From NCBI RefSeq assembly GCF_006345805.1, contig NC_043013.1, positions 12,276,001 to 12,340,000 on the forward strand: a stretch of DNA of 64,000 nt. Direction: 5' to 3'. Positions within the stretch are counted from its first letter, which is position 1. Every line of letters starts with the position of its first letter. Under the pieces are notes generated by a model that saw only the letters and a list, made by a program, of their open reading frames with translations, had not been told where the DNA came from and did not search any database. Position numbers and translations under genes: made by a program. Source of the stretch: Octopus sinensis. Lineage: Eukaryota. This document shows positions 41,339 to 53,420 of the stretch, piece after piece.

Positions 41339-42568
41339 CGCATGGTGTGTGCGTGTGTAGTGGCGTGTGACTGTGTGGCCGTGTATGTGTGTCTGCGAAT
41401 GTGACCGCGCGTGTGTGTGTGTGTGTGACTAGGTGCGTGCGTATGGTGTGTGCCTGTGTAGTGGCGAGTGACTTTGTGGCCGTGTGTGTGAGTGTATGTG
41501 TGTGTGAGTGTGTGTGTGTGCATGGCTAGGTGTATTTGCTAACCCTTCACTTCACTTCCCCCCTGTGAAATTTATTGCCTTTGTTTAAGCAAATCGCCCT
41601 CATTACCCTTCCACATTCACACACAAGCGCCTATGTATTTATGCATGTATGCATGTGTGTCTCTATATCTATATGTGTATATGTGTATGTGTGTGCTTGT
41701 GTGTGTGTATGTATATGTGTGTGTATATATATATATATATATATTTGTGTATATATATATATGTGTGTATATATATATATATATATACATATATGTGTGT
41801 GCGTATATATATATATATATGTACATGTGTATATATATACATATACAAATATATGCATATATATATATATATATACACACAGGTGCTCATACACATGTAT
41901 ATACGTACACATATACATACACACATACACTCATTAATATAGAAACGTTCATACAAGCATGTATAAGTATATATACATGTATTCGGGGTGTATGTATGCG
42001 TTCAAGTGTACATACAGACGCACAAGCACAAATACACACATACATACATACACAAGCAAACATACACATACACGCACACACATTTATACACACACACACA
42101 CACTCACACATGCGTTATTAATGATAAAGCTAATTATCGTCACCGCCATGTTATAAAATGGTTGTCGACCTTTACAGGACAGGATGTATGCCGAGTCCCT
42201 TAAGGTAAAATATATAAGCCAGGATGTTGATAGGGGTGTAGAAACATAAAGGTCTATACACATATCTACCCACACCCATGAACGGCCATATTCACGTACA
42301 GGCACACGGGCGCGCACTCCCACTCGCGTCTATATTCATCTCTGCTCACCGCAGTCCGCACGGCTACAAACACACGGTAGAAGCATATACGTGTGTATGT
42401 ATGTATGTATGTATGTATGTATGTATGTATGTATGTATGTATGTATGTATGTATGTATGTATGTATGTATGTATGTGTGTGTGTGTGTGTATCCACCTAT
42501 CACTATATCTGTCTAAATCTCTCTCGCTCTCTCTCAGTCCATCAATCAATCAGTCTATCTATCTATCT

Positions 42569-42668
<100 letters not shown>

Positions 42669-42754
42669 GCTAGCTAGCTAGCTAGCTAGCTAGTTAGCTA
42701 GCTATCTGTCTGTCTGTCTGTATGTCTGTCTGCTCGTCTCTGTTGTCTGTCTGC

Positions 42755-42805
<51 letters not shown>

Positions 42806-42854
42806 CCTAGCTAGCTAGCTTTCTTTATTTCTTTCTTTCTTTGGTAGAGTTACT

Positions 42855-43249
42855 CAACCAAAATTACAAGTTCAGGGTTATACCTGTACTTATTGGGACA
42901 CTGGGATATCTAACACACTGCCTAAGTATCAATCTTGAGAAATTAGGCTTCTCAGAACATGAAGGGAGAAAGCTGATTCGAAGGCTACAGATCCAAGCCA
43001 TCACATGAACAGTAAAATTCTGTAAAAATTTCCAGAAATTTATCATTTAAATATATACGAGCATGTCTAGACATGCAACTATATTCCTGAGAATACATAC
43101 TTAAACCAAAACACAATTCTGCACATATACATATATACACGCAAAAATATCGTGTTGATGTTGTTGTAATTCCAATGAAGGATCCTTGGATCTAGGTTAG
43201 AAACCGGCTCTTTCTCTATTGGCAAGAACTCTTGAAATAACTGAATAAC
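42855..43249 (+). mobile_element. 3' end of an RLE-type non-LTR retrotransposon in TATC/TA repeats
   Basis: NYKFRVIPVLIGTLGYLTHCLSINLEKLGFSEHEGRKLIRRLQIQAIT*TVKFCKNFQKFII* plus 3' UTR; homologue at 50965. Confidence 0.75.
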
Positions 43250-43264
43250 GATATATATATATAT

Positions 43265-43659
43265 AAGCAATAATAAATCTCTGAACGAGATGTAAACAGT
43301 AACCGCTTGACAACGTAAAGTATACTAGCCATCTCAATATGGCTAACCATTAAGGTTGGGTGTTACTCTAACTTTTAGCCCCCGGAGATCATCGTCTCCA
43401 GCTGGCTTTAGGCACACTTTCTGTGCCCTTATGATATTTGCAAAGGGAGGTCATCCCCTCTCGTAAACCTAAGTGATACGCACGGACTGCAGTTTCGAGG
43501 TTTTTGCCTCTTGTCAACGTACGGTAATCACCGGTTTTCGATGAAGAGAGACCTGTTTGCGAATATCTAATGTTTTTCCCAGTAACCACTGTCACTGATT
43601 CCGAAAAACTGTCTGAAAGCAATAATAAATCTCTGAACGAGATGTAAACAGTTACCGCT
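43265..43659 (-). mobile_element. 352-bp unit with 43-bp terminal direct repeat and hammerhead fold (H2; retrozyme/Penelope pLTR-like)
   Basis: aagcaataataaatctctgaacgagatgtaaacagt(a/t)accgct at 43265-43307 and 43617-43659. Confidence 0.75.
43480..43522 (-). ncRNA. Minimal type I hammerhead ribozyme candidate (U3-A8 core variant)
   Basis: gtacg-TTGACAA-gagg-caaaaa-cctc-GAAA-c-tgca-g-TC-cgtgc: 5-bp stem I, perfect 4-bp stem II, short stem III with palindromic loop, GUC cleavage triplet. Confidence 0.7.
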
Positions 43660-43692
43660 CTGGAGCACCGCCTTATATATATATATATATAT

Positions 43693-43888
43693 GCAGGCGT
43701 GGTTGTGTGGTAAGAGGTTGCTTCTCACCCACATGGTTCCAGGTACAGTCCCACTGCGTGGTACTTTGGGCAAGTGTCTCCTTCTATAGCCTCAAGCCGA
43801 CCAAAGCTTTGTGACTGGATTTGGTAAATAGAAACTGAAAGAATCCCGTCGTATATATATATATATACTTACATATACGAGAACGCCG

Positions 43889-43936
<48 letters not shown>

Positions 43937-44140
43937 GCCACTATATATATGTAAAATAAAATACAAAATGGGACAAGAACGCAAAAACATCCGGACAACT
44001 AGATGGTACAAAAAGAGGCAGCAAAACATCCAGATAGACGATAGAGAAAAAAACGGATAGGTCATTCGAAGCCTTTTATCTTCAGTCAAGAACCGGATCA
44101 TCGTCGCAATTTCGGCTGATTAATATATATATTATATATA

Positions 44141-44172
<32 letters not shown>

Positions 44173-44196
44173 TATACACATATACATATATGTATG

Positions 44197-44227
<31 letters not shown>

Positions 44228-44345
44228 TGTGTGTGTGTGTCTTGTGTCTGTGCTTGTCTCCCCATCACCGCTTGACAATCTGTGTTGGTGTGATTACGTA
44301 CCCGTAGCTTAGCAGTTCCGCCTAAAAGACCGATAGAATAACACT
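43693..44345 (+). mobile_element. SINE family A with a 175-bp insert (43950-44125) in its internal (TA)n
   Basis: Head 43693-43855, tail 44230-44345, non-SINE sequence between TA tracts. Confidence 0.8.
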
Positions 44346-44817
44346 AAACGAACATGTACATGCTCGTACAGACACTCCGCGCAATTTATTTTGTGAGTGT
44401 ATATTTAGAGGCATAAGCATGTATATCCATGTATCCACATGACAATATGCTCATAAATAAATATATTCACGAGTGTATAGTCGTTTATGTAATGGGGTTT
44501 ATGTTCCTCTCTAAACGTATGTATATATTCATAAATTTATAGTTATCAGTACATGTGCAAATAATAGTACTATGAAATCAATATTGATACATGCCAACTC
44601 TTACACGCATAGATGTACACACACGGCTATACACGCACATACACGGATACACACATGCACAGACGCATGTTCAGGCTTTCATATATAGAGTCACATATAT
44701 ACACACATACATACACACTCTTTCACACATGCGTATCACATGAAGGTGTAGCAATGAGCAATGTGTAGAGATTAGAAATATCAAATCAATATCACACATG
44801 CTGACTTTTACACACAC

Positions 44818-44872
<55 letters not shown>

Positions 44873-44904
44873 GAAAGCATATTGGTAGATACGCACACAC
44901 ACGC

Positions 44905-45040
44905 ACGTACAAACGCGCGCTTGGAAAGTGAAAAAGTCTTTAACGTTTCGAGTCCACGCTCTTCCATAGAAAGGAACACAGAAAAAAACAGGGAGAGAAA
45001 ATAAAGAATGTGTAGTGGCTAGCGATCTATCATGGCGAAT
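44905..45040 (-). mobile_element. Repeat H3, copy 1 (decayed hammerhead-like motif 44937-44973)
   Basis: ccttt-ctatggaa-gagc-gtgg-actc-GAAA-cg-tt-aaaga; homologous to 45627. Confidence 0.6.
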
Positions 45041-45626
45041 ACTGGATAGAGGGGTCATACAGGAGAGCTAGGAAGAAGGGGAGATAATAAAGTAGTGGTG
45101 ATCCCAAAACGAAGGTGCGTGTGCGTGTGTGTAACAGAGCATGTATGTGCGTTTGAAAGAGGGTTGGTGATCTTGATGTGTGCGTTTGTGCATGTGTAGG
45201 TGTGTGAATGATGGTGTGGGTGCTGGGAAGTGGTCAGTGCTAGGGCGCGTGGTGGTGTGATGTGATGTGGTGTGGTGTGGTATGGTGGTGTGTGGTATGG
45301 TGGTGTGTGGTGTGGTGGTGTGGGGTGTTGGTGTTGAACCAAAGGGTTTTAAACAATAATAAACATAACTCTTATTAAATGTTTTGAGTACCTTTCTTTT
45401 TTCTTTGTCCACTCACTCGTGCACGCACACACACACACACACACACCACACACAGACAAATTTACGCACATACACACAAAGGTACATATATAGATATATA
45501 CTTAAGCATATGCACTTATTTATACATATGGGTATTTATGTGTGTGTGTCTATTGTTATTTGGAAGGGTTTCCATCATTGCAATGGATTTAGAAGAACTT
45601 GCAAAACCTGTATATATATATATATC

Positions 45627-45835
45627 CATGTTGATTCGTTAGCTACTGCACGCATTTTTTTTCTCTCCTTCTTTCTGTGTTTTTTTTCTCTCTGTGTATC
45701 TTTCTGTTGAAGAGCGTAGGCTCGAAACGTTAAAGACTTGTTTTATTTATATTTCCTGAGCGCCATACTAATACAATTGTTCGTTTGTTTTCCACCTGCC
45801 TTCGTCTTTTGTCTATTTTCATAAAGCTTCCCGTT
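45627..45835 (+). mobile_element. Repeat H3, copy 2 (hammerhead-like motif 45699-45736)
   Basis: tcttt-CTGtTGA-a-gagc-gtag-gctc-GAAA-cg-tt-aaaga; ends in (TA)n. Confidence 0.65.
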
Positions 45836-45836
45836 A

Positions 45837-45891
<55 letters not shown>

Positions 45892-45934
45892 GTTTCAGTC
45901 ATTTGACTGCGGCCATGCTGGAGCACCGCCTTTA

Positions 45935-46103
45935 GAGTGGTGAAAGAGTACAGCAGGGATCACCACCATCTCCTGCCGGAGTCGTGGAGCTTTTAGGTGT
46001 TTTTCGCTCAATATAAACACACACAAACGCCCGGTCTGGGAATCGAAACCGCGATCCTCCGACCGCAAGTCCGCTGCCCTAACCACTGGGCCATTGCGCC
46101 TCC
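45935..46103 (-). mobile_element. SINE family D
   Basis: A box TGGCCCAGTGG, B-box-like GTTTCGATTCC. Confidence 0.85.
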
Positions 46104-46107
46104 ATAT

Positions 46108-46139
<32 letters not shown>

Positions 46140-46275
46140 AGGTTGTCCCAAAAGTTCGTAGAAAGTCTTGGAAAATAATGGTCTTTATTTTGAGGAATAA
46201 TTTTTGTTGTTTTTGTTAGTACTTGGCGAGTAAAAAATCAATTTTCGCAAGTGTTTACGAAATTTTGGGACAACC

Positions 46276-46276
<1 letters not shown>
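46140..46276. mobile_element. Tc1/mariner-type MITE
   Basis: TIRs aggttgtcccaaaagttcgta / tacgaaattttgggacaacct, inserted in (TA)n. Confidence 0.8.
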
Positions 46277-46333
<57 letters not shown>

Positions 46334-46534
46334 GTGATCCAGCATGGCCACAGCCTTAGGGCTGAAACGTATAATTGCGACTGACCTGCTGGCCCGATAA
46401 CTGATGAGTAATTGGCAACCATGTGTCGTTTCTCGTTTGATTATGCATTTATTATGGTTTTTCAAAAAATTCATTATTTAATGCAACGCTGAGTAGAGCA
46501 AAAAAAACATTTCTTGTTTATTGTTTATTCGTTT

Positions 46535-47285
46535 CTTTTACTTGTTTCATTTGACCTCAGCCATGTTGGAACACCGCCTTGAGTCGAACAAATCGACCCC
46601 CAGGGCTTATTCTTTGTAAGCATAGTACTTATTCTATCGATCACTTTGGCCAAACCGCCAAGTCACAGGGACGTAAACACACTAACATCAGTTGTCAAGC
46701 GATAGTGGTGGGAATAAACACACACTCACAAATACATACATACATATATGTATACATATATATACATATATATATATATTACATTGTATAAAAGGGCTTA
46801 GTAAATAAATTACTTTGCCACATACTGAACTCATTAGAAATAGCAGTCAAAAAAAAAAGATTTTTTTAGCCATTTCTAATACTTAAAGAAAATTTTCTCT
46901 CAGATAGTGTTTACTCAGAATAACCCACGAAGGTGGGGGTAAAAACATACCTTCGTGGGTTATTTTGAGTAAACACTATCTGAGAGAAATTTTCTTTAAG
47001 TATTAGAAATGGCTAAAAAAATCTATTTTTTTTTTTTGGCTGCTATTTCTAATGAGTTCAGTATGTGGCAAAGTAATTTATTTTACTAAGCCCTTTTATA
47101 CAATGTAATATTTTGAATTCGCCTTAAATGGTCCCTTTACATACTGAATACTTGGTGAAATTGATTAATAACTAATTAATTTTACCCTCAATTGTTGAAA
47201 TTACATATATATATATGTATACACACACACAACACACACACACACACACACAACACACACACATATATATATATCATATATATAT

Positions 47286-47323
<38 letters not shown>

Positions 47324-47490
47324 CGACGGGCGCCTTTCAGTTTCCGTCTGCAAAATTCACTCACAAGGTTTTGGTCAGCCCGAGGCTATACTAGAAGAGT
47401 CTTGTCCAAGGTACCACGCCAGTTAGACTGAACTCGGAACCATGTGGTTGGGAAGCAAGTTTCTTACTACACAGCCACTCCTGCGCTTAT
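46535..47490 (-). mobile_element. SINE family A with fold-back insert
   Basis: Tail 46535-46730 and head 47320-47490, with the palindrome in the internal TA tract. Confidence 0.85.
46776..47111. repeat. Near-perfect palindrome, ~159-bp arms, 14-nt spacer
   Basis: atattacattgtataaaagggcttagtaaa...acccacgaaggt-gggggtaaaaacat-accttcgtgggt...ctaagcccttttatacaatgtaatat; two substitutions and minor indels. Confidence 0.97.
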
Positions 47491-47502
47491 ATAAATACGC
47501 AC

Positions 47503-47538
<36 letters not shown>

Positions 47539-47844
47539 AAGCATACTTTTCTTCGCTATTAAATCTGTTATGCTAAATGAAAGTAATCCCGTTTTACTCC
47601 ACATGCCTTCCGACTGAACACTTAACGTTTTGGCTATAATGATCGATAGAATAAGTATCAGACTTAAGAAGAATAAGCATTATGATCGAACTGTTCGACT
47701 AAAACCGTTCAAGGCGGTGCCCCAGACTAATGACTGAAGCAAGTGAAAGATAAAAGATTAAAGATTAAAGTATTGCTGGTTTTGCAACTCTCTTACTTAC
47801 GCAGGGGGGGGGGGGGGCAGCACGGAAGCAAATACTGGAAGGAC

Positions 47845-48050
47845 TCTCTCTTTACTTGTTTCAGTCTTTTGACTGCGGCCATGCTGGAGCACCGCCTTTA
47901 GTCGAGCAAATCGACCCCAGGACTTATTCTTTGTAAGCCTAGTACTTATTCTATCGATCTTCTTTTGCCGAACCGCTAAGTTACGGGGACGTAAACAGAG
48001 CAGCATCTGTTGTCAAGCAATGTTGGGGGGACAAACATAGACACAAACAT

Positions 48051-48081
<31 letters not shown>

Positions 48082-48091
48082 CACACACACA

Positions 48092-48144
<53 letters not shown>

Positions 48145-48305
48145 CGAGTTTCTTTCGGTTTCCGTCTATCAAATCCACTTACAAGGCTTTGGTCGGCTCG
48201 AGACTGTAATAGAAGACATTTACCCAAGGTGCCATGCAAAAAGACTGAACCCGGAACCGTATGCTTGGTAAGCAAGCTACTTACCACACAGCCACTCCTA
48301 CGCCT
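47845..48305 (-). mobile_element. SINE family A, full copy
   Basis: Tail, (CA)n(TA)n and head in reverse orientation. Confidence 0.9.
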
Positions 48306-48645
48306 AAGATTGGGGTTAACACATGCATTGAAAGCATTTTAGTTTTTTGCAAAACTTGCTGCAGTTATTAACTGCGAGACTGGCAAGCGTTCTAGTTAGG
48401 TGACTGGATTAAAGACATCTTTTCCACATCTGTTCATTCAGTCACGGGGTCCCCTACAACGGGTCTACAATATCTGTTTTCCTTTTTGACGAAACAATAA
48501 AGAAAGGAAAAGAAGTTTTAACGGTTTGATTTGGTGTTGTTCTTAATTTTTGTTTTTTGATGTTATATCGCTGTAGTAGTAGTTGTAGTCGTAGCAGCAG
48601 CAGTAGTAGTAGTAGTAGTAGCAGTAGAAGTAGTAGTAGTAGTAA

Positions 48646-48676
<31 letters not shown>

Positions 48677-49148
48677 TAGTAGTAGTAGTAGTAGTAGTAT
48701 TTGTAGTTGTGAATTCGCGAAGTTGATGATGTGATGTTGATGGTGGTGATTTATTGGTATTAGTAGCTTTTTTGTTTGTGCTGTTTTGCGTGTTGTTGTT
48801 TCTGTTGTTCACGTTGGCGGTGGGGATGATGATGATGGTGGTAGTGGTGGTGTAGGTGGTGGCGTTAGTGGTAGTGTCGTGCTAATAGGTATGGTAGTTG
48901 CAGTGTTATTGTTGTTGTAAAGACATTTATAGCGATGACGGAATCGCTGACTATGATAGTGGTGACGCTAGGGACAATTCCTCCTCCTCCTCCTCATTAT
49001 TATTATTATTGTTATTATTATTATTACTATTACTATTATTATTATTATTAATAGTAGTAGTCGTGGTAGTAGTAGTAGTAGGAGGAGGAGGAGGATGAGG
49101 AGGTGGAGGAGGAGCAGCAGCAGCAGTAAAAGCAACAGTAGCAGCTGC

Positions 49149-49187
<39 letters not shown>

Positions 49188-50015
49188 GGTGGTGTGTTGG
49201 TAGTAGTAGTAGTAAGTAGTAGTAGTGATTTTGTTTGGTTGCCGTTGCTATTGTTGCGGCGGTGGAGTTTATAGAGATGATGGCGTGGATGCTGATGATG
49301 ATCGCGATGATCTATTCGCAGTATCAGTAATTTCCTCTATATGTATGTATTTATGTATGTATGTATGTATGTATGTATGTATGTGTATGTATGTATGTAT
49401 GTATGTATGTATGTATGCATGTATGTATGTACGTATTGTTGTTGCTGTTGTTGTGGCAGTCGTGGCGCTGCCCGTTATTGTTGTTGCTGTTGTTGGTGTT
49501 TGTTTTATGCTATGGCTATTTTTAAATCTCTTTGAAGAGCATCGTTTTGGAAAATTATGAAACTAATCAAGAGATAAGTGTTGTTGTTATTGTTTTTGTT
49601 GTTGCTGTTGTTCTAATTGTTATTGATGATGCTGTTGACTTCGTGTGTGTGTGTGTGTCTATGTTCAGTTCAATGGATAAATAATGAAATTAGTGCTGAA
49701 GCATTTTTTAATTAATCTGGAGCGACATCTGACTGGACAACTTTATGTTTGTCATCTGTTACTTTCATGTATCTGTAAGATTAGACTGGACATCTATATA
49801 CGTATGTATGTATGTATGTATGTATGTATGTATGTATGTATGTATGTATGTATGTATGTATGTATGTATGTATGTATGTATGTATATGTAAATTCATCTA
49901 GCTATAAATCTATCTATCTACAAATCTATGTCAAGCTATCTATATATCTCTGTGTCTATTTACCTATCTGTCTGTCTGTCTGCCTCTCACTTTCTCTCTC
50001 TCTCTCTCTCTCTCT

Positions 50016-50069
<54 letters not shown>

Positions 50070-50239
50070 GTGTGTGTGTGTGTGTGTGGATATGTCCATC
50101 TATCTATTTATCTATCGATACATCTATCTGCTTCTCATTCTTAAATTTATCTATCTATCTATCTCTATCTATCTATCTATCTATCTATCTCTATCTATCT
50201 ATCTATCTATCTATCAATCTATCTATCTGTCTGTCTGTG

Positions 50240-50291
<52 letters not shown>

Positions 50292-50561
50292 GATCTATCA
50301 TTCTACCCGTATATCTTTCAATCTTCAAGATGAAAGAACTATTAATAAGAACGAGTAGAATGTTGAGTAAACAGGTCATGCTTACAGAAAATGTGGGTTC
50401 ACATCACTCGGGTAGCCTTCAACTATTTGCAACCAAGGGTTCTTTAACCTAACATTCTAAACACTGATTTCCTCCGTTAAATAATTTGTTTCATGACTCT
50501 CGAAGGTTCTAAATTTTTATAATATAAACATCTACATACATATCTACAAACGCATACATGC

Positions 50562-50592
<31 letters not shown>

Positions 50593-50708
50593 CATACATA
50601 CATACATACATACATACATACATACATAGAGTAACTATGGACAACTGCTTCGAAACATTTAGCTTCTATATCCAGATGAGAAATTTACATTTAGAGCAAT
50701 AATAATTG

Positions 50709-50964
50709 GTAATAATAAATCTCCGAGCAAGGTATAAACAGTAGCCGCTGATAACGCTGATGACGGGTCAAATATCCAGAAACTCAGGTCCGTGTGTATT
50801 ACGTCAGGTTGGAGATGGGGACGATGACTTCCCTTTGCTAATACTGATAAGGCACAGATAGTGTGTCAATAGCCAACTGGAGGAGATGTCTTCCTGGAGT
50901 TACAAGCTACAGTAGCATCAACCCTTAAGCGTTAGCCACATTTAAGTGGCAAATATACTTCACG
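50709..50964 (+). mobile_element. Diverged H2 homologue with canonical hammerhead core (50752-50795)
   Basis: acg-CTGATGA-cggg-tcaaata-tcca-GAAA-c-tcag-g-TC-cgt; the following ~170 bp align to the reverse complement of 43315-43480. Confidence 0.65.
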
Positions 50965-51230
50965 AATAATAACTGGTGTTTTTCGTTTTGTGAGTAAATG
51001 CCTAATTGACAGTGCGGATAAGCTTGGCTTTTCAGGAAAAGAAATCAACCAACTGACTCGCACATTACAAATACAATATGTAAGTGAAACAGTAAAAATA
51101 TGCAAGACGTTCAAGTTCAAAATATGACATCGTTTTCGTTATCTACATTTCAATGATGGAGCTTTCTATCTTTGTTAGAAACCAGCTCCTTCTTCAGAGG
51201 AAGAGTTTAAATAATTAAATACAGAACAGA
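50965..51230 (+). mobile_element. 3' end of an RLE-type LINE related to 42855
   Basis: IITGVFRFVSKCLIDSADKLGFSGKEINQLTRTLQIQYVSETVKICKTFKFKI*; 3' UTR shares gttagaaacc.gctc. Confidence 0.7.
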
Positions 51231-51622
51231 ACATGAATACATGCATGTATGTATGCATTCATACATACGCATCGACGTACATACATACATATATACATAT
51301 ATAAATAGCTTCACTTATTATAAAATAACAGTCTTATCTACATTAAATCTTGATTTTAAAGTACAATAAAAAAAAAACGCGCAAAATAAACACAGAATTA
51401 ATATCTTCTCGCCCACATAAACGAAAATACGACAATATTCCACTCACTGAATCTTAAAATATTGAAACATTTGGAAATATTCAAAAAACTATAAAATGTA
51501 GAGCGATCTTTCAATAAAAATATATTTTCTCTTTTCATAAAAATTGTATATACAATCAAAATAGCTAAAATTTTCTTCTTATAGTAGATTAAAATATGTC
51601 AAATCTTATTTTAAACAGTTAG

Positions 51623-51659
<37 letters not shown>

Positions 51660-51779
51660 ACACACACACACGTTCAATCCGTGACAATACACTACTCCAT
51701 AACACGAATAATTAGAGACGGGTTGTCAATGACAACCAGTCTCTAAAATTTCGAAATATAGCCATTGAATTAAAATTGA

Positions 51780-51810
<31 letters not shown>

Positions 51811-51871
51811 GATAAATAAATAAATAAATAAATAGATAAATAAATAAATAAATAAATAAATAGATAAATAA

Positions 51872-51902
<31 letters not shown>

Positions 51903-51936
51903 TATATATATCATCTTAATATATAAAGGGCGGAAT

Positions 51937-52135
51937 GAAGGCGGTGAGCTGGCAGAATTGTTAGCACGCCGGGCAAGATGCTAACCGGCATTTCAACCGC
52001 CTTCACGTTCCGAGTTCAAATTCCGCTGAGATAGACTTTTCCTTTCATCCTTTTGGAGTCGATAAAACAAATACCAATAATCGACTTATCCCCTCCCCCG
52101 AAATTACTGCTCTTATGCCAAAATTTGAAACCAAT
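51937..52135 (+). mobile_element. SINE family C
   Basis: aaggcggtgagctggcagaattgttagcacgccggg...gagttcaaattccgc. Confidence 0.85.
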
Positions 52136-53074
52136 AATTAAGGGTGGAAATATAGAACTTAACCCTCATGACCTGATGAACCACGTTATGGCGAAACTTC
52201 AAAGTGTAATATGAATATCTTGGTATTAATAAAAATCCATATTTATACAAACACAGTTTGAGCTCCTTTTTACTATATTTTTGTTTTAAAAATTCATATT
52301 GAGTCTTTACTTTGCATGTAGTTCCCTTCTCTGTACTTTAAGTATCACAACTAAATAATAAGCAATCACCCGATGGTAGGCAATAGTTTTGGGTCATACT
52401 GACAACAAAATATAGTCTTTCCAAAACATCAACATTTTAACAAATGTCTAATGCCTCGCAGAGACAACTTAGTCCAAAGAATGCAGTAAAAGGCGTACTG
52501 GGGTCGATAACATCGAATAACTCCTTCTTAACAACCCGCCCACAAACAAAAACGCACAAAAAAATGTTACCCCTGTGACTAAATGCAAAATTATTATTAA
52601 TAGATGACAGCGCCATGTTAGCAAAGTGGGTTTTTTTTTTAAATGTTGATTAGTTTATGTGGAATGAGTTCTCGTTTTTTTAAAACACTTTTTATTATAA
52701 TTGTGTCCTAGGGGAAGAAGTGCAAGATGCTGGAATATTTTTTTCAGATAGGGTGTTAACATTGATTAAATATGAGAAGTTAAATTACATTGTTTTTGTT
52801 TTCTTTTCCTTTTATCTTTTTATTTTTCCATTTATTATTTTTTTTGCATTTATTCGTAGTCGGTTGTGTATGTCTGAGATAGTAAATGCTCTCCTGAAAA
52901 CGCAAGATGCCAGTGTATATTTTATGTAACTCTTACTCTATTGAATGAGGCTCCGTCATAAGATTTAGCCAAGATTCTCTTACGTAATTTTATTATTTTT
53001 CTAAGAATACAGAGAAGACGGTTGGTAGTATGACTTATAAAGAGTATCAAACGATAACGATAAAAACGTCACCC

Positions 53075-53370
53075 TTTTCAAGCTTAGCGAGGCTCATGGG
53101 CCCGGTTTCCCGGTTTCTGTGGCGTATGCATTCCACCCAGCTGGACGGGACGCCAGTCCATCGCAGCGTTACTCATGAAACAGGAAGAGAGAGTGAGAGA
53201 AAGTTGTGGCGACAGAGTACAACAGGGGTCGCCACCACCCCCTGCCGGAGCCTCGTGGAGCTTTTAGGTGTTTTCGCTCAATAAACACACACAACGCCCA
53301 GTCTGGGAATCGAAACCGCGATCCTCCGACCGCGAATCCGCTGTCCTAACCACTTGGCCATTGAGCCTCA
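53075..53370 (-). mobile_element. SINE family D, full copy
   Basis: Head tggccaagtgg...gtttcgattccc; tail gagcctcgctaagcttgaaaagg. Confidence 0.85.
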
Positions 53371-53420
53371 TTAAACGGTAGGGCTAATATTTAGTTGACT
53401 TCTTTCTCTTTCGTTAAACC

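Noticed and set aside
46395-46440. ctgatgag as a hammerhead core
   Set aside because: No downstream GAAA on the same strand.
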